Of a stretch of DNA of 64,000 nt, positions 36,351 through 46,050 are shown one piece after another. The stretch is from Coriobacteriia bacterium (GTDB lineage Bacteria; Actinomycetota; Coriobacteriia; Coriobacteriales; UMGS124): assembly GCA_018368455.1 (NCBI GenBank), contig JAGZEG010000005.1, forward strand, positions 22,322 through 86,321. Reading direction: 5' to 3'. The notes beneath the pieces were generated by a model. That model was given only the letters and a program-made list of their open reading frames with translations. It was not told where the DNA came from and did not search any database. The position numbers and the translations under genes were made by a program. Within the stretch, counting starts at the first letter, position 1. Each line of letters starts with the position of its first letter.

Positions 36351-37892
36351 ATGAGGACAGAGAGCATGTTCCGCGGCATACGCTGGGACTGGCGCATCGT
36401 CGCTGGCCTAGCTCTGATGTACCTGTGGACGTGGCTCATCTACTGGGGAGGCCCGTTCTCCCTGCGTACGTATACCATCGAGCTCACGAATGCCCGCTGG
36501 GGCGTCAACGTCGTCATGCTCGCGGCTTCCGTCGGCATCGTCCTTGTTGCGTCGTGCCTTGCCTCGGGACGCAGACTGGCATCGGGCCTGCGCATCGCGG
36601 CGCTGGCCAGCGGCGTCCTGGGCACATCGCTCGGCCTCGTGCTCGCGCTGACCCCTCCGCTGAGCGACTCTTCCATCAGCGCCATCGCCCTGGCATCCGG
36701 CTTCTTCACGGGCACGTGCGAGGGCTGCTTGCTGTGCCTGTGGTGCTCGGCAACATCTTCGCTGGGCATGCGCGTCGCCTTGACGCACAACGTGCTGGCC
36801 ATGGCTGCCAGCGGCCTGCTGTTCCTCCTGTGCAACGCCGCGCCTACGTGGATTCCGCTTGCGGTCGGCATGCTCTGCCCGGTCGCCGGCTTCGTCTGCT
36901 CCTCCGGCCATCGCGGCGAGGTGCCGCCCACTACGGAGCCCGGCCAGTCCGACACCAAGGCCCAGCCCACCTTGACCGGCCAGCAGGACATCCCCGCCCC
37001 TCGGGGTGCCGCACGCATTCGTGAGGCGCTCGCCCCGCTCGTGCGCGACCGCTCGTTCCTTCTGCTTGCGGTCATCTCGCTCGTCTTCGGCTTCTCGCAC
37101 GGCTTCATCAACGCGTCGTTCGAGGTCGTGCCCAAGGAGCTGTACTGGCTGTCGTGCTATGGCGTCGTCATCGGCACGATCCTCGCGGCGGCGCTGACGT
37201 TCCTCACGGCGTTCCTGCTCAAGATGGACGCGTGGCAGCTCGTGTTTCGCACGTCGCTTCCTCTGATGGCCATCGCGTATCTGCTGTTCCCCTACGAGGC
37301 GTTCTACCTGTTCGGCCCCGGCATCCATGCCTTGGGCTACCAGTACTTCTTCATCGCGTTCTGGTCGCTGCTCGGCTCGAAGCAGCTGCGTCACGAAGTA
37401 CCGGCTGCGCGCTCCGTCGCGCTCGGTCTGTTCGCAACGGAGGCGGGCGCCGCATTGGGTCTGCTGCTGTGGAACGTCGCGTGCGTCGGCATCGACATCG
37501 AGGGCCAGCGCATCGTGTCAAGCGTGGCGACGCTGCTCATCCTGCTCGTCGCCGTGTCGTTCGAGCGTCCTCAGTTTGGCTGGGGCAACGTGCGTCCCGG
37601 CGCGACGACCGCAGCGGGCGAGGGTGGCCTGCACGTGCGCGACTACGAGGGCGTCATCGCGCACATCCGCGCCACATACGCCCTCTCCCCGCGCGAGACC
37701 GACGTGTGCAGTCTGCTCGGTCGGGGTCGCAACCGCCAGTTTGTCGCCGACGAGCTCGGCATCTCGCTCGAGACGGCCAAGACGCACGCGACGAACGTCT
37801 ACCGCAAGCTCGGCATCCACTCCCAGCAGGAGCTGCTCGACGTCATCGAGATGACGCAGGACACGATCGCTCGGGAGCGCGCACGGGGCTAG
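36351..37892 (+). CDS. membrane-bound LuxR-family transcriptional regulator
   Basis: ATG at 36351, 7 nt after GGCGGAGGGG. Polytopic N-terminal domain plus LuxR HTH (LSPRETDVCSLLGRGRNRQFVADELGISLETAKTHATNVYRKLGI). Confidence 0.8.
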   Translation: MRTESMFRGIRWDWRIVAGLALMYLWTWLIYWGGPFSLRTYTIELTNARWGVNVVMLAASVGIVLVASCLASGRRLASGLRIAALASGVLGTSLGLVLALTPPLSDSSISAIALASGFFTGTCEGCLLCLWCSATSSLGMRVALTHNVLAMAASGLLFLLCNAAPTWIPLAVGMLCPVAGFVCSSGHRGEVPPTTEPGQSDTKAQPTLTGQQDIPAPRGAARIREALAPLVRDRSFLLLAVISLVFGFSHGFINASFEVVPKELYWLSCYGVVIGTILAAALTFLTAFLLKMDAWQLVFRTSLPLMAIAYLLFPYEAFYLFGPGIHALGYQYFFIAFWSLLGSKQLRHEVPAARSVALGLFATEAGAALGLLLWNVACVGIDIEGQRIVSSVATLLILLVAVSFERPQFGWGNVRPGATTAAGEGGLHVRDYEGVIAHIRATYALSPRETDVCSLLGRGRNRQFVADELGISLETAKTHATNVYRKLGIHSQQELLDVIEMTQDTIARERARG

Positions 37893-38183
37893 TTTTGGGC
37901 TCGCATGTGCCCTATGGGAGCTCTCAATCTCGTTTGGGCAGCTCAGAGCCCCTAGCCTTGTCCATCCCCCAGCGATAGTGACTCCGTTTCCTCCCCATCG
38001 CTATGGCATCCCCATCGATCGTTCACTATCTCGGGGGCATGACGCCGGACACCTCCCCGCGGCATTCTGTGGCCAGCGACGCGGAAGGCGACGCCGGGCG
38101 CCCCAACGGGACGCACGGGCCGCCCGAGCGAAAGCAAATGACACTCACGGGATATGCCAACGGGTAACGAAAGGGGATCTATC

Positions 38184-39728
38184 ATGCAGGAGCAGATCGG
38201 TCGTCGTGCGTTCGTCAAGGGTGCGGCTCTGGGGACGGCTGCGCTCGCCGTCGCGGGTCTTGCCGCCCACCAGCCCGTGCCGGCGCTTGCCGCCGAGGAC
38301 GTGACGTTTGACGAGGAGTGCGACGTCCTTGTCATCGGCTCAGGCTACTCCGGACTCGCTGCCGCTTACGAGGCCGGCGCCGCGGGCGTCGACGTCAAGA
38401 TCGTCGAGAAGCTCGCCATCACGGGTGGCAACTCGCTCGTGGCTGACGGCGACTTCGCCGTGTGCATGTCCGATGGCCAGAAGGCGCTGGGCATCGAGGA
38501 CAGCGTCGACGCGTACGTCCACGACATGCAGGTTGCCGGCCTGTTCCTGAACGACGTCGAGAAGTGCCGCGTCATCGCCGAGAAGTCCAACGAGACGTGG
38601 GAGTGGACGCGCGACGTCCTTGGCACCGAGTGGCAGATGAACGAGGAGACGGGCGAGGCTAACCCCATCCCCTACGGCGGCCACAGTATCCTGCGCACGC
38701 TGCACCCGGTCACGGCCCACGGCGCCTCTATGGTGCTGCCGCTCATCGACAAGCTGTCCGAGATGGGCATCGAGATCCAGACCGAGACGATGCTCGCCAA
38801 CCTCGTGAAGGACGAGTCCGGCCGCGTCATCGGCGCCGAGCTGCGCGTGGGCGCCTCCAACAACGACCCGACCTCCGGCGAGCCGCTCTACGTCAAGGCC
38901 AAGCGTGGCGTCGTCCTGGCTTCCGGTGGCTTTGGCCGCGACGTCAACTGGCGCAAGCAGCATGATCCGCGCCTCGACGAGACGGTCGACTGCACGAACG
39001 CCGCCGGTGCGACGGCCGAGAGCCTCTGCACGGCCATGGACTGCGGCGCGCTGACCGTGCACCTCGACTGGATCCAGTGCGGCCCCTGGTGCAGCCCTGA
39101 CGAGGAGGGCTACGGCGTTGGCCCGACCTGGATCGACTCCGCGGCTGGCTTCGCTCCCAGCATCAACCCGCTGACCGGCGAGCGCTGCGTCAACGAGCTC
39201 ACGGACCGCAAGCGCTACTGCGACGTCATCTTCGAGGTCGCTGAGCCGCTGATCCAGGTCATCGATGATGCTAACGTGCCCGACTGGAGCCGCCCGAACT
39301 TGGAGATGTGCCTCGAGAACGGCGTGTCCTGGAAGTTTGACACGCTCGAGGAGGTCGCCGAGCACTTCAACATGCCGAAGGACGCCTTCCTCAAGCAGAT
39401 GGAGGACTACAACGGCTACGTGGCGGCAAAGAATGACGAGCAGTTCGGCAAGACGATCCCCGAGACCGCCAAGCCGATCGAGACGGCCCCGTTCTACGCG
39501 ACGCGCCTGTGGCCGAAGGTGCACCACACGATGGGCGGCGTGAAGACCGACGTCGACACGCGCGTGCTCGACGTGCGCCTCAACCCGATCGAGGGCCTCT
39601 ACGCGGCCGGCGAGGTCACCGGTGGTGTGCACGGCGCCTGCCGCCTCGGCTCCTGCGCCACGGCTGACTGCCTCGTGAACGGCCGCATTGCCGGCCAGAA
39701 GGCTGCCGCTGCCGACCCGATCGCCTAG
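38184..39728 (+). CDS. Tat-exported FAD-binding flavoprotein reductase (fumarate reductase/flavocytochrome-c flavin-domain family)
   Basis: Signal GRRAFVKGAALGTAALAVAGLAAHQPVPALA, FAD fold DVLVIGSGYSGLAAA, canonical HHTMGGV segment. Confidence 0.85.
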   Translation: MQEQIGRRAFVKGAALGTAALAVAGLAAHQPVPALAAEDVTFDEECDVLVIGSGYSGLAAAYEAGAAGVDVKIVEKLAITGGNSLVADGDFAVCMSDGQKALGIEDSVDAYVHDMQVAGLFLNDVEKCRVIAEKSNETWEWTRDVLGTEWQMNEETGEANPIPYGGHSILRTLHPVTAHGASMVLPLIDKLSEMGIEIQTETMLANLVKDESGRVIGAELRVGASNNDPTSGEPLYVKAKRGVVLASGGFGRDVNWRKQHDPRLDETVDCTNAAGATAESLCTAMDCGALTVHLDWIQCGPWCSPDEEGYGVGPTWIDSAAGFAPSINPLTGERCVNELTDRKRYCDVIFEVAEPLIQVIDDANVPDWSRPNLEMCLENGVSWKFDTLEEVAEHFNMPKDAFLKQMEDYNGYVAAKNDEQFGKTIPETAKPIETAPFYATRLWPKVHHTMGGVKTDVDTRVLDVRLNPIEGLYAAGEVTGGVHGACRLGSCATADCLVNGRIAGQKAAAADPIA

Positions 39729-40296
39729 TAATCCTGCTGGACGGAGTTTTGCTGCCCCGGGGACGTGCGTGTCCAACGCGCGCTCCCGGGGCGTTCTGTA
39801 TCTGGGGCGCTGGAGGTTAGGTGCTCTTGCTCCCGGGACTTACGGGAGGCGTCGGCACGTCCGGATCGACCGTGCTCGGCGACTCCGATCCTCCGCGGAA
39901 GGCAGCCGGAGCCCCAGAGCAGACTTCCGAGGGGCCTCCGTGGCCAAAATGCGCCCGCTTTGTGAGGGGTCCTCGCCCTGGACTGCCGCCAGAAGGGCTC
40001 TCTCGAGCCGGTGGGCAAGCGGCGACCTGGGTTTTTCTCGCGGCAGGTATATGGCTCGCTATCCGTGGGCGCCCGTTGGGGCGAGAGCGGCTCGCAAAGC
40101 TGCCAGGTTTTGGCCAAAACCGCCCCTTTGGCGGCTGCTCTGGCCTTCCGAGGCGACTTCTCGGTCGCGAAAGCTCACTCCGTTGCGTGCGAAATGGTCG
40201 CGCCGGGCATAAAGTATGGGTACCAAGGCGTAGCGAGCGTGCCTGCGGGCATGCGTGGCGCGCACTGCCAGGGATCGCGGGCGAGAAGGGGGCACC

Positions 40297-42369
40297 ATGC
40301 TGGAGCGAGTGACGTTCGAGGACCGGATCGCGGGCGGTGAGTACCGAAGACGCCGCGCCGAGCTGCAGGAGCGCCTCATGGTGCTCCAACAGCAGGCCAA
40401 GGCTGTCGGCATGGGTACGGTCGTGCTGTTCGAGGGCTGGGGCTCCTCGGGCAAGGGCGCGCGCATATCCGATCTTGTCGTCAACCTCGACCCGCGTCTC
40501 TATGCAGTCCACACGACGGAAGACCCGGTGGGCTATGAGTCGCGCATGCCGTTCATGGCTCGCTTCTGGAGTCGTCTGGGTGCTCACGGAACGATGACGA
40601 TCTTCGACCAGGCATACTACGACGCTCTGACGCGTGCGTATATCGAGGAGGTTCGCCACGGCGACAGCGTCCCGGGGCTTGATCGCGATGCGCGCGCTGT
40701 GCTCAGGCAGCGAGCGGAGCGACGCATCTCGCGCCATATCGCCTCGGCCCGCGCCTTCGAGCGACAGATTCAGGCAGACGGCTATCTCATGGTGCGCTTC
40801 TTCCTGCACATCACCGCTGAGGAGCAGCGCCGCCGCGCCGTTGACCTCATGCTCGACCGCAATACCGCCTGGAAGGTCGACGAGCGCGACATTAGCCAGA
40901 TGCAGCACTACGGCGAGTACTACGAGACGTTCGATAACTGGCTCGAGCGCTCCGCGAAAAGCGGTGACACGTGGCACGTTATTCCTGCGCTGCACAAGCG
41001 CAACGCGAACTTGCAGATCATGCAGGCGCTGGCCGACGAGATGACAGCCGCCCTTGAGGCGCGCGGCTTCGACACGTCGCAGCCCATTCCGGCTGGCGAC
41101 GTGGCACACGAATATCGGCCGCCCGTGACGGAGGAGGCGAAAGACTCAGCGTCTGCCGGGGCGTCGGCGGAAAGCCGCGATGATGCGGGGACTGCTGGCG
41201 AGGGATCGCCCAAGGCGGCGGGCGAAGCGTCCGAGTGCGCGCCGGGGGACGTCTCGCCTGACGTGCGAACCGGACTCGACGAGGCACGGGCGGCGACCGT
41301 CAGCATCTCGGTTGCTGCCTCGTCAGATGCGGATATGGATGCTACGTGCGATGCCGAGGCGCTCAAGGACGGCGCGGGCGCCGTGCCTCCGTGCAACTTG
41401 GGCGCAGATGACGTGTTGACGGCCCTTGCTGCTACGGCGCTGGGAGAGCCGGTCGGCTCCGAGCTCGGCGCGGTACTTGCGTCGGCTGCCTCCGCATGTG
41501 AGGGCAATGCCAGCGAAGAGGCGATGGCGACGCCGTCGATTGTCGTGCCGACGGTGGGCACGGGCGGGGGAGCGTCGGCGCCCACAGTGCGGCGCCCGCG
41601 GGACATCATCGGCTCGGCCAAGCACCTGACCTCTCGCTTTGACCTCGTGAAGGTGCCGTCGCTCGACGATGTGACCTACGACAAGACGATATCCGATGCC
41701 GACTATTCTCGCGAGCTCAAGGAGGAGCAGACCGAGCTATCGGAGCTGTCGCTGGCACTGTATCGCAGCAGGATCCCGCTGATCATCGCATACGAGGGCT
41801 GGGACGCTGCGGGCAAGGGCGGCAACATCAAGCGCGTGGCAGCGGCGCTCGACGCGCGGTCGTACGTTGTGCATCCCATTGCTGCGCCAACCTCCGACGA
41901 GCTGGCACATCCGTTTTTGTGGCGCTTCTGGAACGATCTGCCGCGCACGGGGCACACGGCGATATTCGACCGCACGTGGTACGGGCGCGTGCTCGTCGAG
42001 CGCATCGAGGGCTTTGCGCGGCCGGAGGAGTGGCGCCGGGCGTTCGAGGAGATCAACGAGTTCGAAGACGATTTGCGCACGTGGGGCGCCGTGCTCGTGA
42101 AGTTCTGGATCGACGTGAGTCCCGACGAGCAGCTGAGGCGCTTCCGCGATCGCCAGGACGACCCGACGCGCCGGTGGAAGATCACGGACGAGGACTGGCG
42201 CAACCGCGAGAAGAACGACCTCTATCGGAGGTGCGTCAACGACATGTTGAGGCTGACGTCGACGGAGTACGCGCCGTGGACCGTCGTGGAGTCCGACGAC
42301 AAGCACTATGCGCGCGTTAAGGCGCTCAAGGTCATCAACAAGGCCATTCGTCGGCGGCTCAAGGAGTAG
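40297..42369 (+). CDS. two-domain polyphosphate kinase 2 family protein (PAP-like fused PPK2-PPK2)
   Basis: GAAGGGGG RBS. The N-terminal PPK2-like domain has EGWGSSGKGARI and the C-terminal PPK2 domain has EGWDAAGKGGNIKRV. About 180 aa of Ala/Ser/Asp-rich linker separates them. Confidence 0.8.
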   Translation: MLERVTFEDRIAGGEYRRRRAELQERLMVLQQQAKAVGMGTVVLFEGWGSSGKGARISDLVVNLDPRLYAVHTTEDPVGYESRMPFMARFWSRLGAHGTMTIFDQAYYDALTRAYIEEVRHGDSVPGLDRDARAVLRQRAERRISRHIASARAFERQIQADGYLMVRFFLHITAEEQRRRAVDLMLDRNTAWKVDERDISQMQHYGEYYETFDNWLERSAKSGDTWHVIPALHKRNANLQIMQALADEMTAALEARGFDTSQPIPAGDVAHEYRPPVTEEAKDSASAGASAESRDDAGTAGEGSPKAAGEASECAPGDVSPDVRTGLDEARAATVSISVAASSDADMDATCDAEALKDGAGAVPPCNLGADDVLTALAATALGEPVGSELGAVLASAASACEGNASEEAMATPSIVVPTVGTGGGASAPTVRRPRDIIGSAKHLTSRFDLVKVPSLDDVTYDKTISDADYSRELKEEQTELSELSLALYRSRIPLIIAYEGWDAAGKGGNIKRVAAALDARSYVVHPIAAPTSDELAHPFLWRFWNDLPRTGHTAIFDRTWYGRVLVERIEGFARPEEWRRAFEEINEFEDDLRTWGAVLVKFWIDVSPDEQLRRFRDRQDDPTRRWKITDEDWRNREKNDLYRRCVNDMLRLTSTEYAPWTVVESDDKHYARVKALKVINKAIRRRLKE

Positions 42370-42383
42370 GCCTGCATGCGGGG

Positions 42384-42421
42384 GCGCGACGGCGGTTCAT
42401 CCTTTCGGGCCGCCGTCGCGC
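42384..42421 (+). terminator. strong hairpin after the PPK2 gene (no U-tract)
   Basis: Perfect 12-bp stem GCGCGACGGCGG / CCGCCGTCGCGC with a 14-nt loop. Confidence 0.45.
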
Positions 42422-42545
42422 CTGCTGCGTGACCCGTGGGAATCGTGGATGCCGCAATGCCCGCACGAAGATGCGCCCGATGTGATACTATGCGAGAGCT
42501 GCAATCCTGACCCCGCTAAGCGGCAGGATGCGCCATATCTAGGCT

Positions 42546-42621
42546 GTCCCCATCGTCTAGCGGCCTAGGACACGGCCCTTTCAAGGCTGGAACACGGGTT
42601 CGAGTCCCGTTGGGGGCACCA
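42546..42621 (+). tRNA. tRNA-Glu (anticodon UUC)
   Basis: Manual cloverleaf: acceptor GTCCCCA/TGGGGGC, D arm GTCTAGCGGCCTAGGAC as in E. coli tRNA-Glu, anticodon loop CTTTCAA, T arm ACGGG-TTCGAGT-CCCGT, encoded CCA. Confidence 0.9.
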
Positions 42622-42631
42622 CTCAAAACCG
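42575..42631 (+). repeat. attL core (47 nt of the tRNA-Glu 3' part + 10 nt)
   Basis: Identical to 57929-57985, 57/57 by manual comparison. Confidence 0.9.
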
Positions 42632-43210
42632 CAGGTAGAGTGCGGTATTTCTCTTCCAACGGATCAAAACATTCAAGTTCAGATTGAATGCGGCGAAACC
42701 ACCGCGAAACCAAAATGGGCGGCTCATAGGTGGATGTGCCGTAAGGCTCCGCTAGGTTTCCTTGCGCTGAGTGCGGTCGTTCCCGCTACTCCTGGCGGCT
42801 TTGACGGCTATGCCTATCGCTCCGGGCGTAAACGAGAGGGGCCGGCATCCCCTGACGGGATGCCGGCTTGCCTGCCGCAAGCTTAGTCTGCCTCGATGCG
42901 CACACGCGCCCGCTTGCCGGCCGGGACGGAGCGTAGCCCCACGGGCACGCTCGGGGCCACCTGCCTCGGTCTGGCGGCGCGCCAGGCCCGAACTTCCGTA
43001 GGGCGCGTCGCCAGGAATGTGGGGGATTGCCGCAGAAGCGCTCGCGCCAGCCCTCCGGGCCGCGGGCCCGGGCGGTCCTGGAGTGCCATACAGTATGGTT
43101 GGGCGGAGCGCTGTGCGCTCTTTTCAGCGGGGGACGGAGCGGCTAACTCTGCCAAGGGCGCCGCCTCGCCCTCTTGAGTGTTCCGGGGGCTTCTCTGAAT
43201 GGTTTCGCGC

Positions 43211-43633
43211 CTACGCGACGCCCGCGGCGCGCATAACCTCGTCGCGAGAAATCCGCCATAGCTTGCCCATGCGAACCGCCGAGAGGCGGCCGCTGTGGAT
43301 CATGCCAACCACGGCTCGCTCGGAGATGCCGAGCGCTTCGGCTGCCTGCTTGGGGCCCACCATCGGCCTCATGCGGGCGAGTTCGTCCGATACGGTGGGT
43401 GTCGGTTCGGGCAACGGCATCGCCTCCTCTGCTTTCACGTATCCTAGGCTGCGAGCTATCTCGTCAAACGTCAGCTCTTCTATGATCCCAGCACTGTCAA
43501 ACTGAGCCACTTTTTTCTCCTCGAGTGTTGGCTGTTGGTCCCAGGCAACGGCGGGGTGCGGGCTGGCAGGGGGGCGGTGCGTGCGCCCCTGTTGCCTCGT
43601 TGCCGTCGTTGCCAAGGTTTTTTGAATACTCAT
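43211..43633 (-). CDS. excisionase/MerR-type helix-turn-helix protein
   Basis: C-terminal PKQAAEALGISERAVVGMIHSGRLSAVRMGKLWRISRDEV. AT-rich promoter-like region upstream. The true start may be internal. Confidence 0.6.
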   Translation of the reverse strand: MSIQKTLATTATRQQGRTHRPPASPHPAVAWDQQPTLEEKKVAQFDSAGIIEELTFDEIARSLGYVKAEEAMPLPEPTPTVSDELARMRPMVGPKQAAEALGISERAVVGMIHSGRLSAVRMGKLWRISRDEVMRAAGVA

Positions 43634-43750
43634 TCACACTATATAAATAATTGTTTGTTTTTCTAAATTAATAAATGATGGGAAACTTGAGAAACAAAGC
43701 TTTGGTAAAGGCATTGCTATCTGCGGAAACCGTGTTTCCGCGACTGTGCC

Positions 43751-45835
43751 CTAGTCGTTGTTCTCGTTGCCCCAGAACTCCCACACCGTCTGCGGTCCAT
43801 ACGCGCCCAGCTCGCCGGTGCTTCGCTGGCGCCCCTTCATTCGTGTCCACCCGGGGCATTGCGCGTCTGAGTCGAGAAAGTCCGCAAGCTCGCCCGCGAG
43901 GCGGCGGTTTCGCTGACAGTCGGCTTCGTCGAGGCCGAGCGCCTCGCGCATCAGCATCTTGACGCAGACGCGTGACCCCGCGACTTCCTTGCGGCTCAGG
44001 TACTCTCGCGCGCTGCCCAGGGCCGGGTTTTCGTCGGCGAAGTCCTCGCGAATCTTCTCGGCCACGGCCTCCTCGTGCTTGTCGAGATAGAGCCTTCGAT
44101 CAATCCCCTCCTTCCACTTGTGAACGACCTCTGCCCAGGCCTGTTCGATGATTGCGGTCGCCTCGGGCGAGTTTACGTTGACCGCGGGCTCGGCCACCCC
44201 GCACTCGATCGGCAGGAAACGCCTCCCTCCCGTCAGGTCGTTTATGATTGGTCGAGAATTGGTTGTGCCCGCCAGAACGCACATGCGTGGCTTCGATGTC
44301 GTGCGCCTGGCGTACTTGTCGCGAAAGTTGTCATCCTGCCGGCTAATAAAGGACTTCACCGCCTCTACCTGGCGTCCCTTGATTGCGGACAGTTCGGGAA
44401 TCTCGACAATCCACTTGCCTCGGAGCCGCTCGGCGCACTGCTCGGGGTTGCCGAGGTCCGTTAGGCAGTCCGAGAAGTAGCCGTCACTCATTGCCATACG
44501 TCTCAGCAGCGTGGACTTCCCTATGCCCTGGGCGCCATAGAGCACGGGGACGGACTCGAACTTGCAGCCGGGCTCATAGGCGCGCGCCACGGCTCCCCTC
44601 ATGAACAGCCCCCAGGAGGACCGGGTGTACTCGGTATCGCCCGTTCCGAGCAATAAAGCAGGTATGCTTGCCGCGCGCTCCTCTCCGTCCCACGTAAGGC
44701 TATCGAGCATGTCCGTGAGGGGGTTGTAACTGCGCTCCTTGGCGACTATGTCGAGGGCGTCCTCGACGTCTTTGCGGTTTTTCACCCCGTACCTAGACTG
44801 CAGCTCGGCAAACATCTGCCTGTCATCGGTGTCCGTCCACTCGTGCGGACACTCCTCTCCCCAGGGCAGAGGGCCCGTCTTGAATATGCAGCGCTCAAGC
44901 TTGTTGTAGGCGAAGCCGTCGAAGTCCTGGCGCAGATACTCGCAGATTTCGCTTACCGTCGGAGGGGCGCTGGGCTTATCCTTGCGGCTGGACCCATCTT
45001 TGGCTCTCGACAGGACGCTCCTCTCTATGCTCTTCACCTCGTCGGCGCCGAGCGGAGGCACGCATCTGGCTTGGTTCTCCTCGCGTATCCACGTCGAGAC
45101 GGCCTCGTCGCTCTCGCCCGAGTTCCGATGTGCGCGCCCGCCGTAGTAGAGGTGACAGTTACGGCTACCTTCGGGAACGGTCTCGAACAGCCCGCCTTGC
45201 TCAGACGCCTTCTCGGCGTGTGCCCTGGAGCTGCTCGCGAGGGCGAGGATCTCCGGCGGAAGCTCGGCAATCTTGATTTCCCGGGGTGAATGTCCCGGAT
45301 CCCAGGTGTATGGCATGCCGTTTGCCCCGCGGGTGGGCGGGATGATGACGCCCCCGCCCTCCGCGAGGAAGTCCACGTTGGGAAGGATTCCCGTGCGGGT
45401 CTTTGGGATGGGGCCGTTCGAGACCCGGTAGAAGAGATGGCGCCCACCAGAGGGGGAGCTGCCGCTCACGGTCTCCGGCAGCTCCAGCCCCTCCTGCCTG
45501 CACCACTCCGAGAGTGCTTCTTCGCCGTCTTGCCCGCGGCCGTGAGCCTCCTTCGTGTCGAGGTCCAGACATACGAGCCCCTCGCTCAGGCGCCCTGTGG
45601 CGACCGCGACACCCCAGTCTGGATGCTCCCCCCAAGTGGCCCTGATCTCGCTCGGGTCCTTTGTGGCCTCCTTGCGCCCGTGGCGCCCCGACGGCGGCGT
45701 CTTCTTGGCATTGCCGTTAATGGCCGGCCAGCTGACCATCGCATAGACGGAGAAGCCGTGCTCGGCGGCCTTCAGAGCTCCGTCCAATGATGAAACGTCG
45801 TTATCCATATATCTCCTATCAACATCATTCTTCAT
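43751..45835 (-). CDS. bifunctional primase-polymerase (Prim-Pol) fused to a P-loop VirE/D5-like NTPase
   Basis: N-terminal Prim-Pol motifs (VCLDLDTK, SPSGGRHLFY, VIIPPT) and C-terminal Walker A YGAQGIGKST. 694 aa. Confidence 0.8.
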   Translation of the reverse strand: MKNDVDRRYMDNDVSSLDGALKAAEHGFSVYAMVSWPAINGNAKKTPPSGRHGRKEATKDPSEIRATWGEHPDWGVAVATGRLSEGLVCLDLDTKEAHGRGQDGEEALSEWCRQEGLELPETVSGSSPSGGRHLFYRVSNGPIPKTRTGILPNVDFLAEGGGVIIPPTRGANGMPYTWDPGHSPREIKIAELPPEILALASSSRAHAEKASEQGGLFETVPEGSRNCHLYYGGRAHRNSGESDEAVSTWIREENQARCVPPLGADEVKSIERSVLSRAKDGSSRKDKPSAPPTVSEICEYLRQDFDGFAYNKLERCIFKTGPLPWGEECPHEWTDTDDRQMFAELQSRYGVKNRKDVEDALDIVAKERSYNPLTDMLDSLTWDGEERAASIPALLLGTGDTEYTRSSWGLFMRGAVARAYEPGCKFESVPVLYGAQGIGKSTLLRRMAMSDGYFSDCLTDLGNPEQCAERLRGKWIVEIPELSAIKGRQVEAVKSFISRQDDNFRDKYARRTTSKPRMCVLAGTTNSRPIINDLTGGRRFLPIECGVAEPAVNVNSPEATAIIEQAWAEVVHKWKEGIDRRLYLDKHEEAVAEKIREDFADENPALGSAREYLSRKEVAGSRVCVKMLMREALGLDEADCQRNRRLAGELADFLDSDAQCPGWTRMKGRQRSTGELGAYGPQTVWEFWGNENND

Positions 45836-46050
45836 TTCTTGATGCTATGACCTGCAGGTCGATAAGGAGAATATCGATAGAAGACGTCCTGTGTGAAGCC
45901 CTGCGTTTTCGGCGTGAACCGCGGGGCGAACATTTTGCCCTTCGATGCGGGGGCATAATGTTCGCTTCTGCTCCGAGGTCGCAGCGCCGCCCTGTGCTGG
46001 GGTACATTTAGGGCCTTCACAGGGCGATAAAATGTCCTAAAAGTTTTTTT

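Noticed and set aside
42483-42491. Extended -10-like TGATACTAT upstream of tRNA-Glu
   Set aside because: This is a single weak match with no -35 element, which is insufficient to call a promoter.
42840-42870. Perfect 11-bp hairpin GCCGGCATCCC-CTGAC-GGGATGCCGGC as a terminator of the excisionase-like gene
   Set aside because: It has no U-tract on either strand and lies about 350 bp from the gene end. It is recorded as a structure only.
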